Of a stretch of DNA of 64,000 bases, positions 43,492 to 53,982 are shown piece by piece. The position numbers and the translations under genes were made by a program. The notes under the pieces are model-generated. The model was not told where the DNA came from and ran no database searches. It saw nothing but the letters and a program-made list of their open reading frames with translations. The stretch's first letter is position 1. Every line of letters starts with the position of its first letter. Source of the DNA: a virus (lineage: Duplodnaviria; Heunggongvirae; Uroviricota; Caudoviricetes); IMG/VR virus record IMGVR_UViG_3300028888_000044, positions 160,001-224,000 of that record. One strand, written 5' to 3'.

Positions 43492-46400
43492 ATGAAATAC
43501 AACAATATTATATCAGAGAGCTTGCGTGACTATGTTAGACAGTCATTGATAACTGAAGAAGATTCACGCATCAAAGGTACTAAGAATGCAATAAAGAGGT
43601 GCGTTGCAACAATTATCAAGGAAGACATTAACAGTGAAAATGTACAGAATTTATCATCTGAAATATGGAATTATTATGTGGTAAAACCAATTGCAGGAGA
43701 AAATCGTCAGCTTGACGAATATATTGCAATTAGAAATAATTCTACTATATTGGTTAAAAGCGTGGTTAAGTACGATAACTGGGATGACGAGTTTTATGTG
43801 CTAAAGTACAAAAGATTACGTGATAACTTTGAAAGATTGATACAATCTCAAAGGATTGATAATAAGTCAAGTATAATTGATAATGAAAAAGGTAATATTC
43901 ATCATTGGGCAACAAATAGGCAAGTTGAAGATTTGAAAGCTAGTGAAAATACAAATAACGGAAGATATAAATACACAGCTTACAAAATTGATGATTATGA
44001 CACACCAATTGAAGGATTGGGAATGACTATTATTGAACTTGGAATGTATACTGGTGGTCAAGGCTCAGTACCATTGTGCTATACTCAATCTGAAGATACG
44101 TATAACCAATATACAGATGATAATAAATATGCAATATATGCTTTGTTGCGAGATGGATGGCAAGATGAACCATGTGAGATTGGTGAAAACTATCCATTGG
44201 ACAGTTATGGGCTTTCAATGATATTTGTAATTGTAGATGATAAAAACAAGGTGGTATACAATAATGTAAGATGGAATCACGGTCCTCAACATTACAGTAG
44301 AGATGTTGACCATATATTGTCATTTACTGAATTGAATGATATTGTTGGTAGTTCCTTGATGCATAAGATTGGAGTTCAAAATGAAATGGACAAGTCTTTT
44401 TCATTGACTAAAGACGTTGAATCAAGATTACAACAAGGTGAATCTCCTTCTCAAATATTTGATTCATTTAATGAATATGATTTAAGATATAATCGATTGG
44501 CTCGTGTTAAGTATAAAGGTATGTATAATTACCTAACAAGCAACTATGACATTTTCAGCGATATTTGGTTTGATAGCGCTTATAGTTTTAGAGAAGGTGT
44601 AGCAATGGTTGAAATCAATAGGCTCCGTAATTACTTGAAAGAAGATGGTACGTTTGTCTATAACAAACCAATAGACGAATGGTTAGACTATGCATTTCCT
44701 TTTAGTGATGGGTTGGCTTGTGTTGAAGTTAACTTTAAATATAACTTTATGCGAAAAGATGGCTCCATGTTGTTGGATAAATGGTATGATAATGCTGTGC
44801 CATTTGATGATGGGTATGGAACAGTATGCGATGATAAAAAATGGAATGTAATTGATACTAAAGGAAATTTCATGTGGGAAGAATTCAAGTTTGTAGATTG
44901 TAGAATATTATTCCCACCTAATGAATTCGGCTGTTATAATGTGTCTACTACTAATGGTTGGAACTATCTTAATAAGAATTTACAACCAATGTCAAAAGAA
45001 TATTTTGATAATTGTTTATACATGGAGAAACTAAAAAATGATTTTGTTATTATTAGAACTACTATCAAACCATTTAAATATATTGGAACTGATGGAATTT
45101 TGCATGATGAGCCACAAGATTTAACCCCAATAATATCGAACAACAATCCATCAATGCTTACTGAAGACCGCAAGCAACAGATTAGGTCAATCAGAAACAA
45201 GATACGTGATGTTATAATAAGAAAGACTAGCGTTTTGAAAAATTTTGACCAATCAAAAATAGAGCAATTGGTTGATGATGTATGGAACAAGTATGTTGAA
45301 CACCCTAATAATGGAGAAAAACGTCAGAATGACGAAATTACAATCATAAATCAGAACATTCAAAGATTTGTTCCATTTGTAATTTCAACAAGAGATGGCA
45401 ATGTTGAAATTGTTAAGACAAGAAAATTGAGTAATTGTTGGGAAAACTTCATACAAGCGCAAAAGCAGAATAAAGGTGTTGATTTGCTTGGTGATGACAA
45501 TATTGTTTATTGGAATGCAAAGAACGAATATGATGAAGCATTGAAGTCAGTAAGAAATACAGAATATGAAGGAAGTTATAATTATACTGCATATAAGATT
45601 GATGACTACGATACCCCAATTGAAGGTTTGGGAATGACACTTCAAGAGCTTGGACTGTATACTGGCGGACAAGGTGCTGTTCCTTTGTGCTATACACAAA
45701 GTGATGATACATATTATGATTATACAATGGATGGCAACTACAATATGTATGCGTTACTACGTGATGGATGGAAGGGTGAAAAATGTGAAATTGGGAAAGA
45801 CTATCCATTGGACAGTTATGGACTCTCAATGATATTTGTCATTGTGAACAATAATGGATATATTAAGAACAGTAACGTAAGGTGGAATCACGGACCAGAA
45901 CATTATACAAGAAGTGTTGACCATATTTTATCATATAATGAATTGGCTAAGCTTGTTGGTAGCAACATAATGAAACAAATTGGGTCTAACTATGATGTTG
46001 ATAATATTTCACTACGTTTAACATTTAATGTTGAACAAGCACAAGCAGAAGGAGCATCCATTTATGATATAGTTGAAGATACTTTTGAATGGTTCGAAGG
46101 ATTCCAGATGATTAAATATAATGATAAGTACAATTTCATAGATGAATCAGAGGAATTGTTATGTGATGATTGGTTTGATGGCGGTGGAGATTTTAAAAAT
46201 GGTTATGCTCGTGTATGCAAAGAAGACAAATGGAATTTAATAGACCGAAATGGAAACTTTGTGTGGCCTTATGAAGACCCTAATGAGTGGTTTGATTTAG
46301 TATGGGAGTTTGAATACGGTTTTGCAAAAGTAACCAAAAACGGAATGGAGAATGTGATGCGGACTGATGGTACGTTAGTATGGAATACTTTAAATACTGA

Positions 46401-49400
46401 TGATTGGTTTAATTTTGTTTATCCATTTAGAGATAAAGTTACAATGGTTATAAAAGATGTGAATGGACGTAGAAAATATAACTTCTTAAAGAGAGATGGT
46501 ACTTTGATTAGTCCAGAAATATGGTTTGATGAAGCTTCAGATTTTGGTTGTCTTAAATGGACAACTGTATATATCGGTTCCAAATTGTATAAGTTGACAA
46601 TTGACGGTGAATTGATAAAATACAAAGATGAAGATGAAGAGCCATCAATAACATTTGATGAAAATGGCAACGTTATTGAAGAAAACAAAAATCTTCTCAC
46701 AGAAGACCAGAAGAGAACTATTAGAAACAAGATAGCAAGAGGTATCGTAGCAATTACAAACCTTGATATTAATAGCCAAGAAGTACAAACATTGGTTGAT
46801 GAAGTTTGGAATACATATGTCAAGCATCCAATTGAAGGTGAAAAACGCCAGAATGATGAGATTACTGTAATCAATCAGCTTGTGGGCAGATTGATTCCTT
46901 ATGTTATTCGAATGCGTCAAGATGGTTCATTTTATGTTAATAACAATAAACGTATTCACGACAGTTGGGAGAATTTGATACAAACCCAAAGGCAAAATAG
47001 GGAAACAAGACAATGGCAAGACAATCAGAGCTTGACTTATTGGGGTATTAATAAAAAGTACAATGATGCTGTACAAGCAGCACAATATCAAAACAACAAC
47101 AACAAATATCATTATAGCGTTTTTAAGGTTGATGGTTACGGTATTCCAATCAAAGGCTTGGGAATGACAGTTAAAAGCCTTGGTAACTATACTGGCGGTG
47201 AAGGTGCAGTACCATTGTGCTATACACAAAGTGACGGTACATATAATAACTATACTAGCACCAATAGGGATACTATGTATGCATTATTGAGAGATGGATG
47301 GCAAGCCGAACAATGTAAAATCGGTAAAGGTTATCCATTGGATAGCTACGGCCTTTCTATGATATTCGTCATAATAAACCATAATGGAAAGATAACAACT
47401 AGCAATGTAAGGTGGAATCACGGACCTAAGAGATATTCAAGAAGTGTTGATAATATATTCACTTATAAGGAATTGACAGATATTGTTGGTAGCGATGTAA
47501 TGAACCAAATTAGAGCACAAGTTGAAGTTGATAAATCTATTCAAATGACATATGAGGTAGAGAAACAATTGAATGATGGTGAAGAGCTTGAAGATATATT
47601 TGATGAGTTGGAAATACAAGATGATAAAGATGTAATTATTGTCAGATTCAATTGGTATTATAACTTACTTGTTATTAACAAGGAAAATATGTACTTACTG
47701 TCAGATGAATGGTTTGACCATATTAGTAGAGTTAATGATGACGTTTTTTGTGTAAAAAAAGGTACACAATATAATATAATGAAAACAGATGGCTCATATT
47801 TGTTTGACGAATGGTTGGAGGATGCTTTTGTTAATAAAATTAAAGGTCAGAATTGTGTTACAATTTGCAAAGACCACGTTTACAATATATTATTACAAGA
47901 TGGGACATATCTTTTTGATGAAGGATACTCTTTTGTAGGTATATTTAAAAATGGTTGTGTAAGGGTTGAAAAGTTGTACAATGGTACACCATTGTGTAAT
48001 TTAGCAGATGAAAACGGAAAGCTTATATGGGACAAACCAGTTGAATTATGGTTTAGTTGTGTTTCTAATAAGTATCCAGGATTATATCCAGTACGTATTG
48101 TAAATAAACATAATTTATTAAGAAGTGATGGTACATTGCTTTTGAATACAACAGATGTAAATGAATGGTTTACTACTTTGTATTATCATTATGCTTACGA
48201 GTTATACTTTGTGAGAAAAAATAGAAAGTGGAATCTCATTACTAAAGACGGTAAAATATTATGGGACAAACCAGAAAATTTATGGTTTGATAAAATAGAA
48301 CCAGAAGGAAGTTCGTGGGGTTTTGCTGTCAAAAAGGGTACTAAATGGAATTACATGCGGTATGACGGTACATTAATATGGAATCATGAGAATCCGAGAA
48401 AATGGTTCGATTCGGTAGCAGTGTCAGATGACGAGTGCGATGCTATTGTATGTAAAAAAGGTGTAAAATATATACTGTATAGACATGGTGAACTTTATGA
48501 AAGAGATGATTACGGTGATTATGTAGAAGTAATTGATTTTGCAAATAATGGTAAACCAATATATGCTGATGAGTCTACATTAATCAAAGAATCTCTCAAA
48601 GAATATATAAAGGAAAACTATCAAATGCTTGTTGAAGGCAGTACAATCAAGACTATCAGAAACAAGATTGCTAGAAGCATTAGTGCTGCAATTGGAGCTG
48701 ATATGAATGATGAACAAGTTCAACGTTTGACAGACGATGTTTGGAACACATATGTTGTTGCACACAATAGGCAGAATAGGGAATATACAGCAATCAACAA
48801 GAACATTGAAAGACTTATACCATATGTGCTTAAGAAGAATTCAGACCATACGTATGAAATAAGGAAGACAAGCAGAATCAAGAACGGTTTTGAGGCATTG
48901 ATTCAAGCCCAACGCGAAAATATGGAAGCGCAGATACTTGACAAGCATAACAATAGTCTATTCTCTTGGTATGCTGACAAGTCATACAATGATGCAGTTG
49001 AAAATGCCAAGAAAGAAGTATATGAAGCAGACCATATTTATAGTGCCTATAAGATTGAAGACTACGATATTCCAATCGAAGGTTTAGGAATGACAGTTAA
49101 AGAACTTGGTCAGCATACTGGTGGTGAAAATACTGCACCATTGTGTTATACACAAAAGGAAGATACATATAACCAATTTACGCATGGTAATGCATACACG
49201 ATGTATGCTTTGCTTCGAGAAGGATGGCAAGATGAGCCTTGCGAAGAGACAGAAGGGTATCCATATGACAGTTATGGGTTGTCAATGATATTCGTTATAA
49301 TTGATACAGAAGACGAAATTAAATTCAGCAATGTTAGGTGGAATCACGGAGACCATTCATATCCAAGAGTTGACGAAATGTTCACATATCAATCTCTTAC

Positions 49401-52400
49401 AAAGGTAGTTGGTAGTAAAATAATGAATTACATATGCGCTAATCATAAATTTGCAGTAGATTATTCTTTAACTTTAACCAAAGAGTTTGAAGAAGACAAG
49501 TCAAATAATAATTTGAATGGTAGAAAATATGAGATTGACACTGATGAATATGACGGTTATAGGATTATAAGACGTAGAGTATATGGGAGTGCTGTCATGT
49601 GTTATAATTATGTTGATTCAAACTTGGGCTTGTTGACACATAGATGGTTTTATTCTGCGTACAGATTTGACAATGGTTGCGCTGTAGTAAGAAGCCTTAG
49701 TAATCAAAAGTATAACATATTAAGGACTGACGGTACATTTGTATGGGACAAACCAGAAGATGAATGGTTTACATATGCTTTCATATATTATGGAAGAACA
49801 GATTATATTATGGTTAGAGATGAAAATGGGAATTATAATCTTCTAACACAAGATGGTCATTTGTTCCTTGACAAGTGGGTTCAAGCCATTGAACCTTTTG
49901 ATTCGAATGGTGTTGCTAGAATACGTATTGATAACAAGCTTAACTATATACGAACAGACAAAACATTTGTTTGGGATAAACCTCATAACGAATGGTTTGA
50001 TGGCTTGGATAGAGACAAATTCCAGAATGGTATAGCAAAGGTATTCATTGATGGTAATCCTTTCTATTTGGATTTGAATGGTAATCTGTCTAAAACACCA
50101 CATCAAAACACAGCCCTAATGGAGTCAATAAAGAAGAATTTCTTGTTGCTCACAGAAGACCAGAAAAAGACAATTCGTAACAAGATAGCAAGAGGTATCG
50201 CAGCTATTACACAAATGGACGTTGCAAGTCAAAAGGTTCAGTCACTGACTGATGAAGTATGGAATGCTTATGTTGTTCATCCAGTTGAAGGTGAGAAACG
50301 TCAGAATGACGAGATTACTGTTATAAATCAACTTATAGACAGATTGATTCCATATGTCTTGAAGCAAAATGATTCTGAAAATTACTTTATAAGCAACAAT
50401 CCAAGAATACATAAAAGTTGGGAGAACTTGATACAAACTCAACGTCAGAATAGAAAAACACAAGTATGGCAAGACAACGAAAACCTATTGTATTGGAATA
50501 CAAAACAAGCTTATGGCTCGTTAAAGTCAGACCCTTACTTTAGTGGGCAATATCATTATACTGTTTACAAGGTAGAAGACTACAATACACCAATTGAAGG
50601 CTTGGGAATGACTGTTACAAAACTTGGCAAGTATACTGGTGGACAAGGTGCTGTACCTTTGTGCTATACACAATCTCAAGGTACATATAACATTTACACA
50701 AACAGCAACAAATTCAATATGTATGCATTGTTGCGCGATGGATGGCAAGATGAACCTTGTGAAATTGGAGAGGGTTATCCATTAGACAGTTACGGATTAT
50801 CAATGATATTTGTAATTGTGTCCCCTAATGGAGGTATTGAATACAGTAACGTTAGGTGGAATCACGGACCTAAACAATACACAAGACGAGTTGATAATAT
50901 TTTCACAATCAAACAATTAGCACAAATTGTAGGAAGTTACGTTGTAAACCAAATTGGAATTAATAACAATATTAATTCTACACAACTCACATATGAAGTT
51001 GAAGATAAGTTAGCACGAGGTATCGATTGGTTACAAATATTCCAAACATGTCATAGAAATTGGAACAATGTATATGAAGTGAGTTATAAAGGACAACAAA
51101 ATATCATTGACAGTGAAGGTATATTGCTTAGTGATATTTGGTTTGATAGAGTTCAAGCAATGGATGATTATTTCATTGTTAAAAAAGAAAACCTATACAA
51201 TCTGTTACGCTTAGATGGTACTTTCATTTGGAATAAACCATTAGATGAATGGTTTACAAATGAGCCACTAGAATTTAGAGAAGGTTACACTAGGATTAAA
51301 GTTAATGGAAGGGCTAATCTGCTAGGTAAAGATGGACAATTGCTATTACCTTATGAAGACATTAGTCAGTGGCCTTCACGCATTGGTATGATGAAGAATA
51401 GTTTGGCTGTGGTAGGATGTGATAATGGCAAACGTAATTTTATCAATAGAGAAGGAAAATACATTTGGAATAAACCGATAGAACAATGGTTTGATTGGAC
51501 TGACAGAGTTGACCATTTTACAGATTATATATATGTCGAAAGGGAATTTGACGAGGATGAATTTGGTAACTTACTTAGACTCGATGGTACGTTGGTTTGG
51601 GATAAAGAAGACCCACACGAATGGTTTGATTCGGTTTACTATGATGATGTTTATTTTATGGAAAAGGGTTTTGTTAAAGTACAAAAAAACAACAAAGAAT
51701 TAATGTTAAGCCTTACTAATGGTACATTGCATACTATTGAAGAGTATAAAAAGATACAGCAACAACTTAATGAGAATACCAATCTGCTAACAGAAGACCA
51801 AGAACGTACAATTCGCAATAAGATTGCGCGTGGTGTCGCAACCATTACACAAAAGGATGTTGCAAGCCAAGATGTTCAATCGATGACTGACGAAATATGG
51901 AATGTTTATGTTAAACATCCAATTGAAGGCGAGAAGCGACAGAATGACGAGGTTTGGGCAATCAATACAGTGATTAGTCGTTTGATACCATATGTAGTCA
52001 AACAAAATGAGGAAGGTAATTTCTTTGTAAACAAGAACTCAAGGATTAAGGATGCCTTTGAGAATTTGATACAAGCGCAAAGGAGAGAGCAGCAGTCAAA
52101 GAAACAGTTGTGGAATAACGATGAAAGTTTGACCTATTGGAACGTAAATAGGAAGTATAATGATGCAATTGATGTAGTAAATCAAAAACAAACTGTAGGT
52201 AAATACAATTATTCCATTTATAAGGTTAATGGTTATGATACTCCAATTGAAGGATTGGGAATGACTGTTAAACAACTTGGCAAGTATACTGGTGGCCAAG
52301 GTGCTGTACCACTGTGTTATACTCAATCTGAAGATACATATAACCAATATACATACGGCAACAAATACAATATGTATGCTTTATTGCGTGATGGATGGCA

Positions 52401-53340
52401 AGATGAACCTTGTGAGATTGGAGAAGGTTATCCATTGGACAGTTACGGATTGTCAATGATATTTGTAATTGTAGATAATAAAAACAATGTGGTATACAAT
52501 AATGTAAGATGGAACCACGGTCCAAAAGGTTATCCAAGACGAGTTGATAATATTTTCTCTTATCAAGAATTGTGCGAAATTGTTGGTAGTAATGTAATTA
52601 GACAAATAGGAATTGTTAGTGATGAAATAGACAAGTCATTGAGGCTAACTCAGTATGTCGAACAAAAATTACAAGAAAAAGTCCCATTATTTGATATATG
52701 TAGTGATTGTAGGAAAGTGTTTGGTACTGATTATTACAAATTTAAGTTAGATGGACTAGAAAATATAATTGATAAACAAGGTAATTTGTTGTCTGATTAT
52801 TGGTTTGAAAATATTGATTATTGGGGTAATGGATTCTTTAGAGTTGCCAATAACCATAAGTATAATTTTATACTGCCAAATGGTAGTTTTGTCATTGATA
52901 ATAAAGATACTTCTCAATGGTTTGAATATGTTGGTACTTTTTATTATAGCAATAGTGCGGTTACAGTAAAATTAAATGATAAATATAACTACATACGATA
53001 TGATGGCGCATATGTATGGGACAAGCCTTGGGAAGAATGGTTTGATGATGCAACTAGTTTTGATGATAAGGATGGAGTTGTAGACGCTTTTGTATATAAA
53101 AAGTCTGAAATTGATGATACACTGAAAGCTAATATAATATTGGTTGATGGAACATTAATGTTTAACGAATGGGTTAGTGAAGACGATTTTCACGAAGATG
53201 AAAATGGTAACGAAGTTTGCCAAGTAACTAAAAACGGCAAATACAATTTGTTGGACATAAGTGGATATTTAAAATATAGAAATTTTATGGATTTTGATGA
53301 TTTCAAGAAGGTTTATCCGAAAGCTGTTTTACAACAGTAA
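43492..53340 (+). CDS. Module-family polyprotein with six tandem core+WG-repeat units (copies 5-10), ~3280 aa
   Basis: Cores start at 43558, 45166, 46705, 48637, 50158 and 51796, each just after an (L/I)-x-E motif. ATG 43492 is preferred over TTG 43471; ATATTTAT at 43454-43461. Confidence 0.9.
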   Translation: MKYNNIISESLRDYVRQSLITEEDSRIKGTKNAIKRCVATIIKEDINSENVQNLSSEIWNYYVVKPIAGENRQLDEYIAIRNNSTILVKSVVKYDNWDDEFYVLKYKRLRDNFERLIQSQRIDNKSSIIDNEKGNIHHWATNRQVEDLKASENTNNGRYKYTAYKIDDYDTPIEGLGMTIIELGMYTGGQGSVPLCYTQSEDTYNQYTDDNKYAIYALLRDGWQDEPCEIGENYPLDSYGLSMIFVIVDDKNKVVYNNVRWNHGPQHYSRDVDHILSFTELNDIVGSSLMHKIGVQNEMDKSFSLTKDVESRLQQGESPSQIFDSFNEYDLRYNRLARVKYKGMYNYLTSNYDIFSDIWFDSAYSFREGVAMVEINRLRNYLKEDGTFVYNKPIDEWLDYAFPFSDGLACVEVNFKYNFMRKDGSMLLDKWYDNAVPFDDGYGTVCDDKKWNVIDTKGNFMWEEFKFVDCRILFPPNEFGCYNVSTTNGWNYLNKNLQPMSKEYFDNCLYMEKLKNDFVIIRTTIKPFKYIGTDGILHDEPQDLTPIISNNNPSMLTEDRKQQIRSIRNKIRDVIIRKTSVLKNFDQSKIEQLVDDVWNKYVEHPNNGEKRQNDEITIINQNIQRFVPFVISTRDGNVEIVKTRKLSNCWENFIQAQKQNKGVDLLGDDNIVYWNAKNEYDEALKSVRNTEYEGSYNYTAYKIDDYDTPIEGLGMTLQELGLYTGGQGAVPLCYTQSDDTYYDYTMDGNYNMYALLRDGWKGEKCEIGKDYPLDSYGLSMIFVIVNNNGYIKNSNVRWNHGPEHYTRSVDHILSYNELAKLVGSNIMKQIGSNYDVDNISLRLTFNVEQAQAEGASIYDIVEDTFEWFEGFQMIKYNDKYNFIDESEELLCDDWFDGGGDFKNGYARVCKEDKWNLIDRNGNFVWPYEDPNEWFDLVWEFEYGFAKVTKNGMENVMRTDGTLVWNTLNTDDWFNFVYPFRDKVTMVIKDVNGRRKYNFLKRDGTLISPEIWFDEASDFGCLKWTTVYIGSKLYKLTIDGELIKYKDEDEEPSITFDENGNVIEENKNLLTEDQKRTIRNKIARGIVAITNLDINSQEVQTLVDEVWNTYVKHPIEGEKRQNDEITVINQLVGRLIPYVIRMRQDGSFYVNNNKRIHDSWENLIQTQRQNRETRQWQDNQSLTYWGINKKYNDAVQAAQYQNNNNKYHYSVFKVDGYGIPIKGLGMTVKSLGNYTGGEGAVPLCYTQSDGTYNNYTSTNRDTMYALLRDGWQAEQCKIGKGYPLDSYGLSMIFVIINHNGKITTSNVRWNHGPKRYSRSVDNIFTYKELTDIVGSDVMNQIRAQVEVDKSIQMTYEVEKQLNDGEELEDIFDELEIQDDKDVIIVRFNWYYNLLVINKENMYLLSDEWFDHISRVNDDVFCVKKGTQYNIMKTDGSYLFDEWLEDAFVNKIKGQNCVTICKDHVYNILLQDGTYLFDEGYSFVGIFKNGCVRVEKLYNGTPLCNLADENGKLIWDKPVELWFSCVSNKYPGLYPVRIVNKHNLLRSDGTLLLNTTDVNEWFTTLYYHYAYELYFVRKNRKWNLITKDGKILWDKPENLWFDKIEPEGSSWGFAVKKGTKWNYMRYDGTLIWNHENPRKWFDSVAVSDDECDAIVCKKGVKYILYRHGELYERDDYGDYVEVIDFANNGKPIYADESTLIKESLKEYIKENYQMLVEGSTIKTIRNKIARSISAAIGADMNDEQVQRLTDDVWNTYVVAHNRQNREYTAINKNIERLIPYVLKKNSDHTYEIRKTSRIKNGFEALIQAQRENMEAQILDKHNNSLFSWYADKSYNDAVENAKKEVYEADHIYSAYKIEDYDIPIEGLGMTVKELGQHTGGENTAPLCYTQKEDTYNQFTHGNAYTMYALLREGWQDEPCEETEGYPYDSYGLSMIFVIIDTEDEIKFSNVRWNHGDHSYPRVDEMFTYQSLTKVVGSKIMNYICANHKFAVDYSLTLTKEFEEDKSNNNLNGRKYEIDTDEYDGYRIIRRRVYGSAVMCYNYVDSNLGLLTHRWFYSAYRFDNGCAVVRSLSNQKYNILRTDGTFVWDKPEDEWFTYAFIYYGRTDYIMVRDENGNYNLLTQDGHLFLDKWVQAIEPFDSNGVARIRIDNKLNYIRTDKTFVWDKPHNEWFDGLDRDKFQNGIAKVFIDGNPFYLDLNGNLSKTPHQNTALMESIKKNFLLLTEDQKKTIRNKIARGIAAITQMDVASQKVQSLTDEVWNAYVVHPVEGEKRQNDEITVINQLIDRLIPYVLKQNDSENYFISNNPRIHKSWENLIQTQRQNRKTQVWQDNENLLYWNTKQAYGSLKSDPYFSGQYHYTVYKVEDYNTPIEGLGMTVTKLGKYTGGQGAVPLCYTQSQGTYNIYTNSNKFNMYALLRDGWQDEPCEIGEGYPLDSYGLSMIFVIVSPNGGIEYSNVRWNHGPKQYTRRVDNIFTIKQLAQIVGSYVVNQIGINNNINSTQLTYEVEDKLARGIDWLQIFQTCHRNWNNVYEVSYKGQQNIIDSEGILLSDIWFDRVQAMDDYFIVKKENLYNLLRLDGTFIWNKPLDEWFTNEPLEFREGYTRIKVNGRANLLGKDGQLLLPYEDISQWPSRIGMMKNSLAVVGCDNGKRNFINREGKYIWNKPIEQWFDWTDRVDHFTDYIYVEREFDEDEFGNLLRLDGTLVWDKEDPHEWFDSVYYDDVYFMEKGFVKVQKNNKELMLSLTNGTLHTIEEYKKIQQQLNENTNLLTEDQERTIRNKIARGVATITQKDVASQDVQSMTDEIWNVYVKHPIEGEKRQNDEVWAINTVISRLIPYVVKQNEEGNFFVNKNSRIKDAFENLIQAQRREQQSKKQLWNNDESLTYWNVNRKYNDAIDVVNQKQTVGKYNYSIYKVNGYDTPIEGLGMTVKQLGKYTGGQGAVPLCYTQSEDTYNQYTYGNKYNMYALLRDGWQDEPCEIGEGYPLDSYGLSMIFVIVDNKNNVVYNNVRWNHGPKGYPRRVDNIFSYQELCEIVGSNVIRQIGIVSDEIDKSLRLTQYVEQKLQEKVPLFDICSDCRKVFGTDYYKFKLDGLENIIDKQGNLLSDYWFENIDYWGNGFFRVANNHKYNFILPNGSFVIDNKDTSQWFEYVGTFYYSNSAVTVKLNDKYNYIRYDGAYVWDKPWEEWFDDATSFDDKDGVVDAFVYKKSEIDDTLKANIILVDGTLMFNEWVSEDDFHEDENGNEVCQVTKNGKYNLLDISGYLKYRNFMDFDDFKKVYPKAVLQQ

Positions 53341-53366
53341 AATGTAGCATTAATACAATTAAAATG

Positions 53367-53405
53367 AAAAATCAGTTATATTTATATGTATAACTGATTT
53401 TTTTT
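53367..53405 (+). terminator. Intrinsic terminator
   Basis: AAAAATCAGTTATA-TTTATATG-TATAACTGATTTTTTTT. Confidence 0.8.
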
Positions 53406-53419
53406 ATATTATTTTTATT

Positions 53420-53593
53420 ATGATAAATGAGAATAGAATCAGACAGATTGTGTCTGAAGAAATAATGAAAGAAGAGATAAACAAGTCCGATGAAAAGAGG
53501 ATTAAGGAGATTGTCGGTGATTGCATCAATGAATTGTTCAAGCAGTTATGGCAAAAGAATTCTTTCTGGAAGAGTACTATTATGAATGCATAA
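53420..53593 (+). CDS. Small protein, 57 aa, with IxE leader motifs (absent from the ORF track)
   Basis: MINENRIRQIVSEEIMKEEINKSDEKRIKEIVGDCINELFKQLWQKNSFWKSTIMNA*. Confidence 0.7.
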   Translation: MINENRIRQIVSEEIMKEEINKSDEKRIKEIVGDCINELFKQLWQKNSFWKSTIMNA

Positions 53594-53617
53594 TAATAAC
53601 TAAAAAAATGTATAAAA

Positions 53618-53974
53618 ATGAAAATTCTAATTAAAGGCGAACAGATTCAAGCTTTATTCGAGAATCGTAAGGAGATAACATATTTTTCATTTTTTACGCA
53701 TTTGAAGAATTTCCTAGTTAGCTTGTTGTCTGACCCAATCAATGCAAAGGCAAGCCAAGAATTAAGGGATTACTTGAATCTTAATGACAAGGAAATAATT
53801 GAGAAATTAATTGACTTTGATTTGCTAAGACGAGACACAAAGATAAAAGAAACTCCAAAGGATGTTACAGCAAATGGAAAATCGAAGGTCTCTTTTTCAT
53901 TGACATATTCAGTACCAAAGAAGGAGTTCAAGAATAACGTAAAAAGGTTTTACGACAAATATGTAAATGTGTAA
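53618..53974 (+). CDS. Hypothetical protein with leader MKILIKGEQIQALFE
   Basis: Coupled ORF; leader resembles those of the other LxE proteins. Confidence 0.7.
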   Translation: MKILIKGEQIQALFENRKEITYFSFFTHLKNFLVSLLSDPINAKASQELRDYLNLNDKEIIEKLIDFDLLRRDTKIKETPKDVTANGKSKVSFSLTYSVPKKEFKNNVKRFYDKYVNV

Positions 53975-53982
53975 ATAGTATT

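Noticed and set aside
43867-52537. Recurring short antisense and alternate-frame ORFs (e.g. ILVVK..HCVI, HNCPMDS)
   Set aside because: They are shadows of the repeated core DNA and have no independent start or promoter support.
24729-53340. Diversity-generating retroelement as the source of module variation
   Set aside because: No reverse transcriptase in the window and no TR/VR pair differing only at adenines; differences between copies are mostly synonymous and involve all bases.
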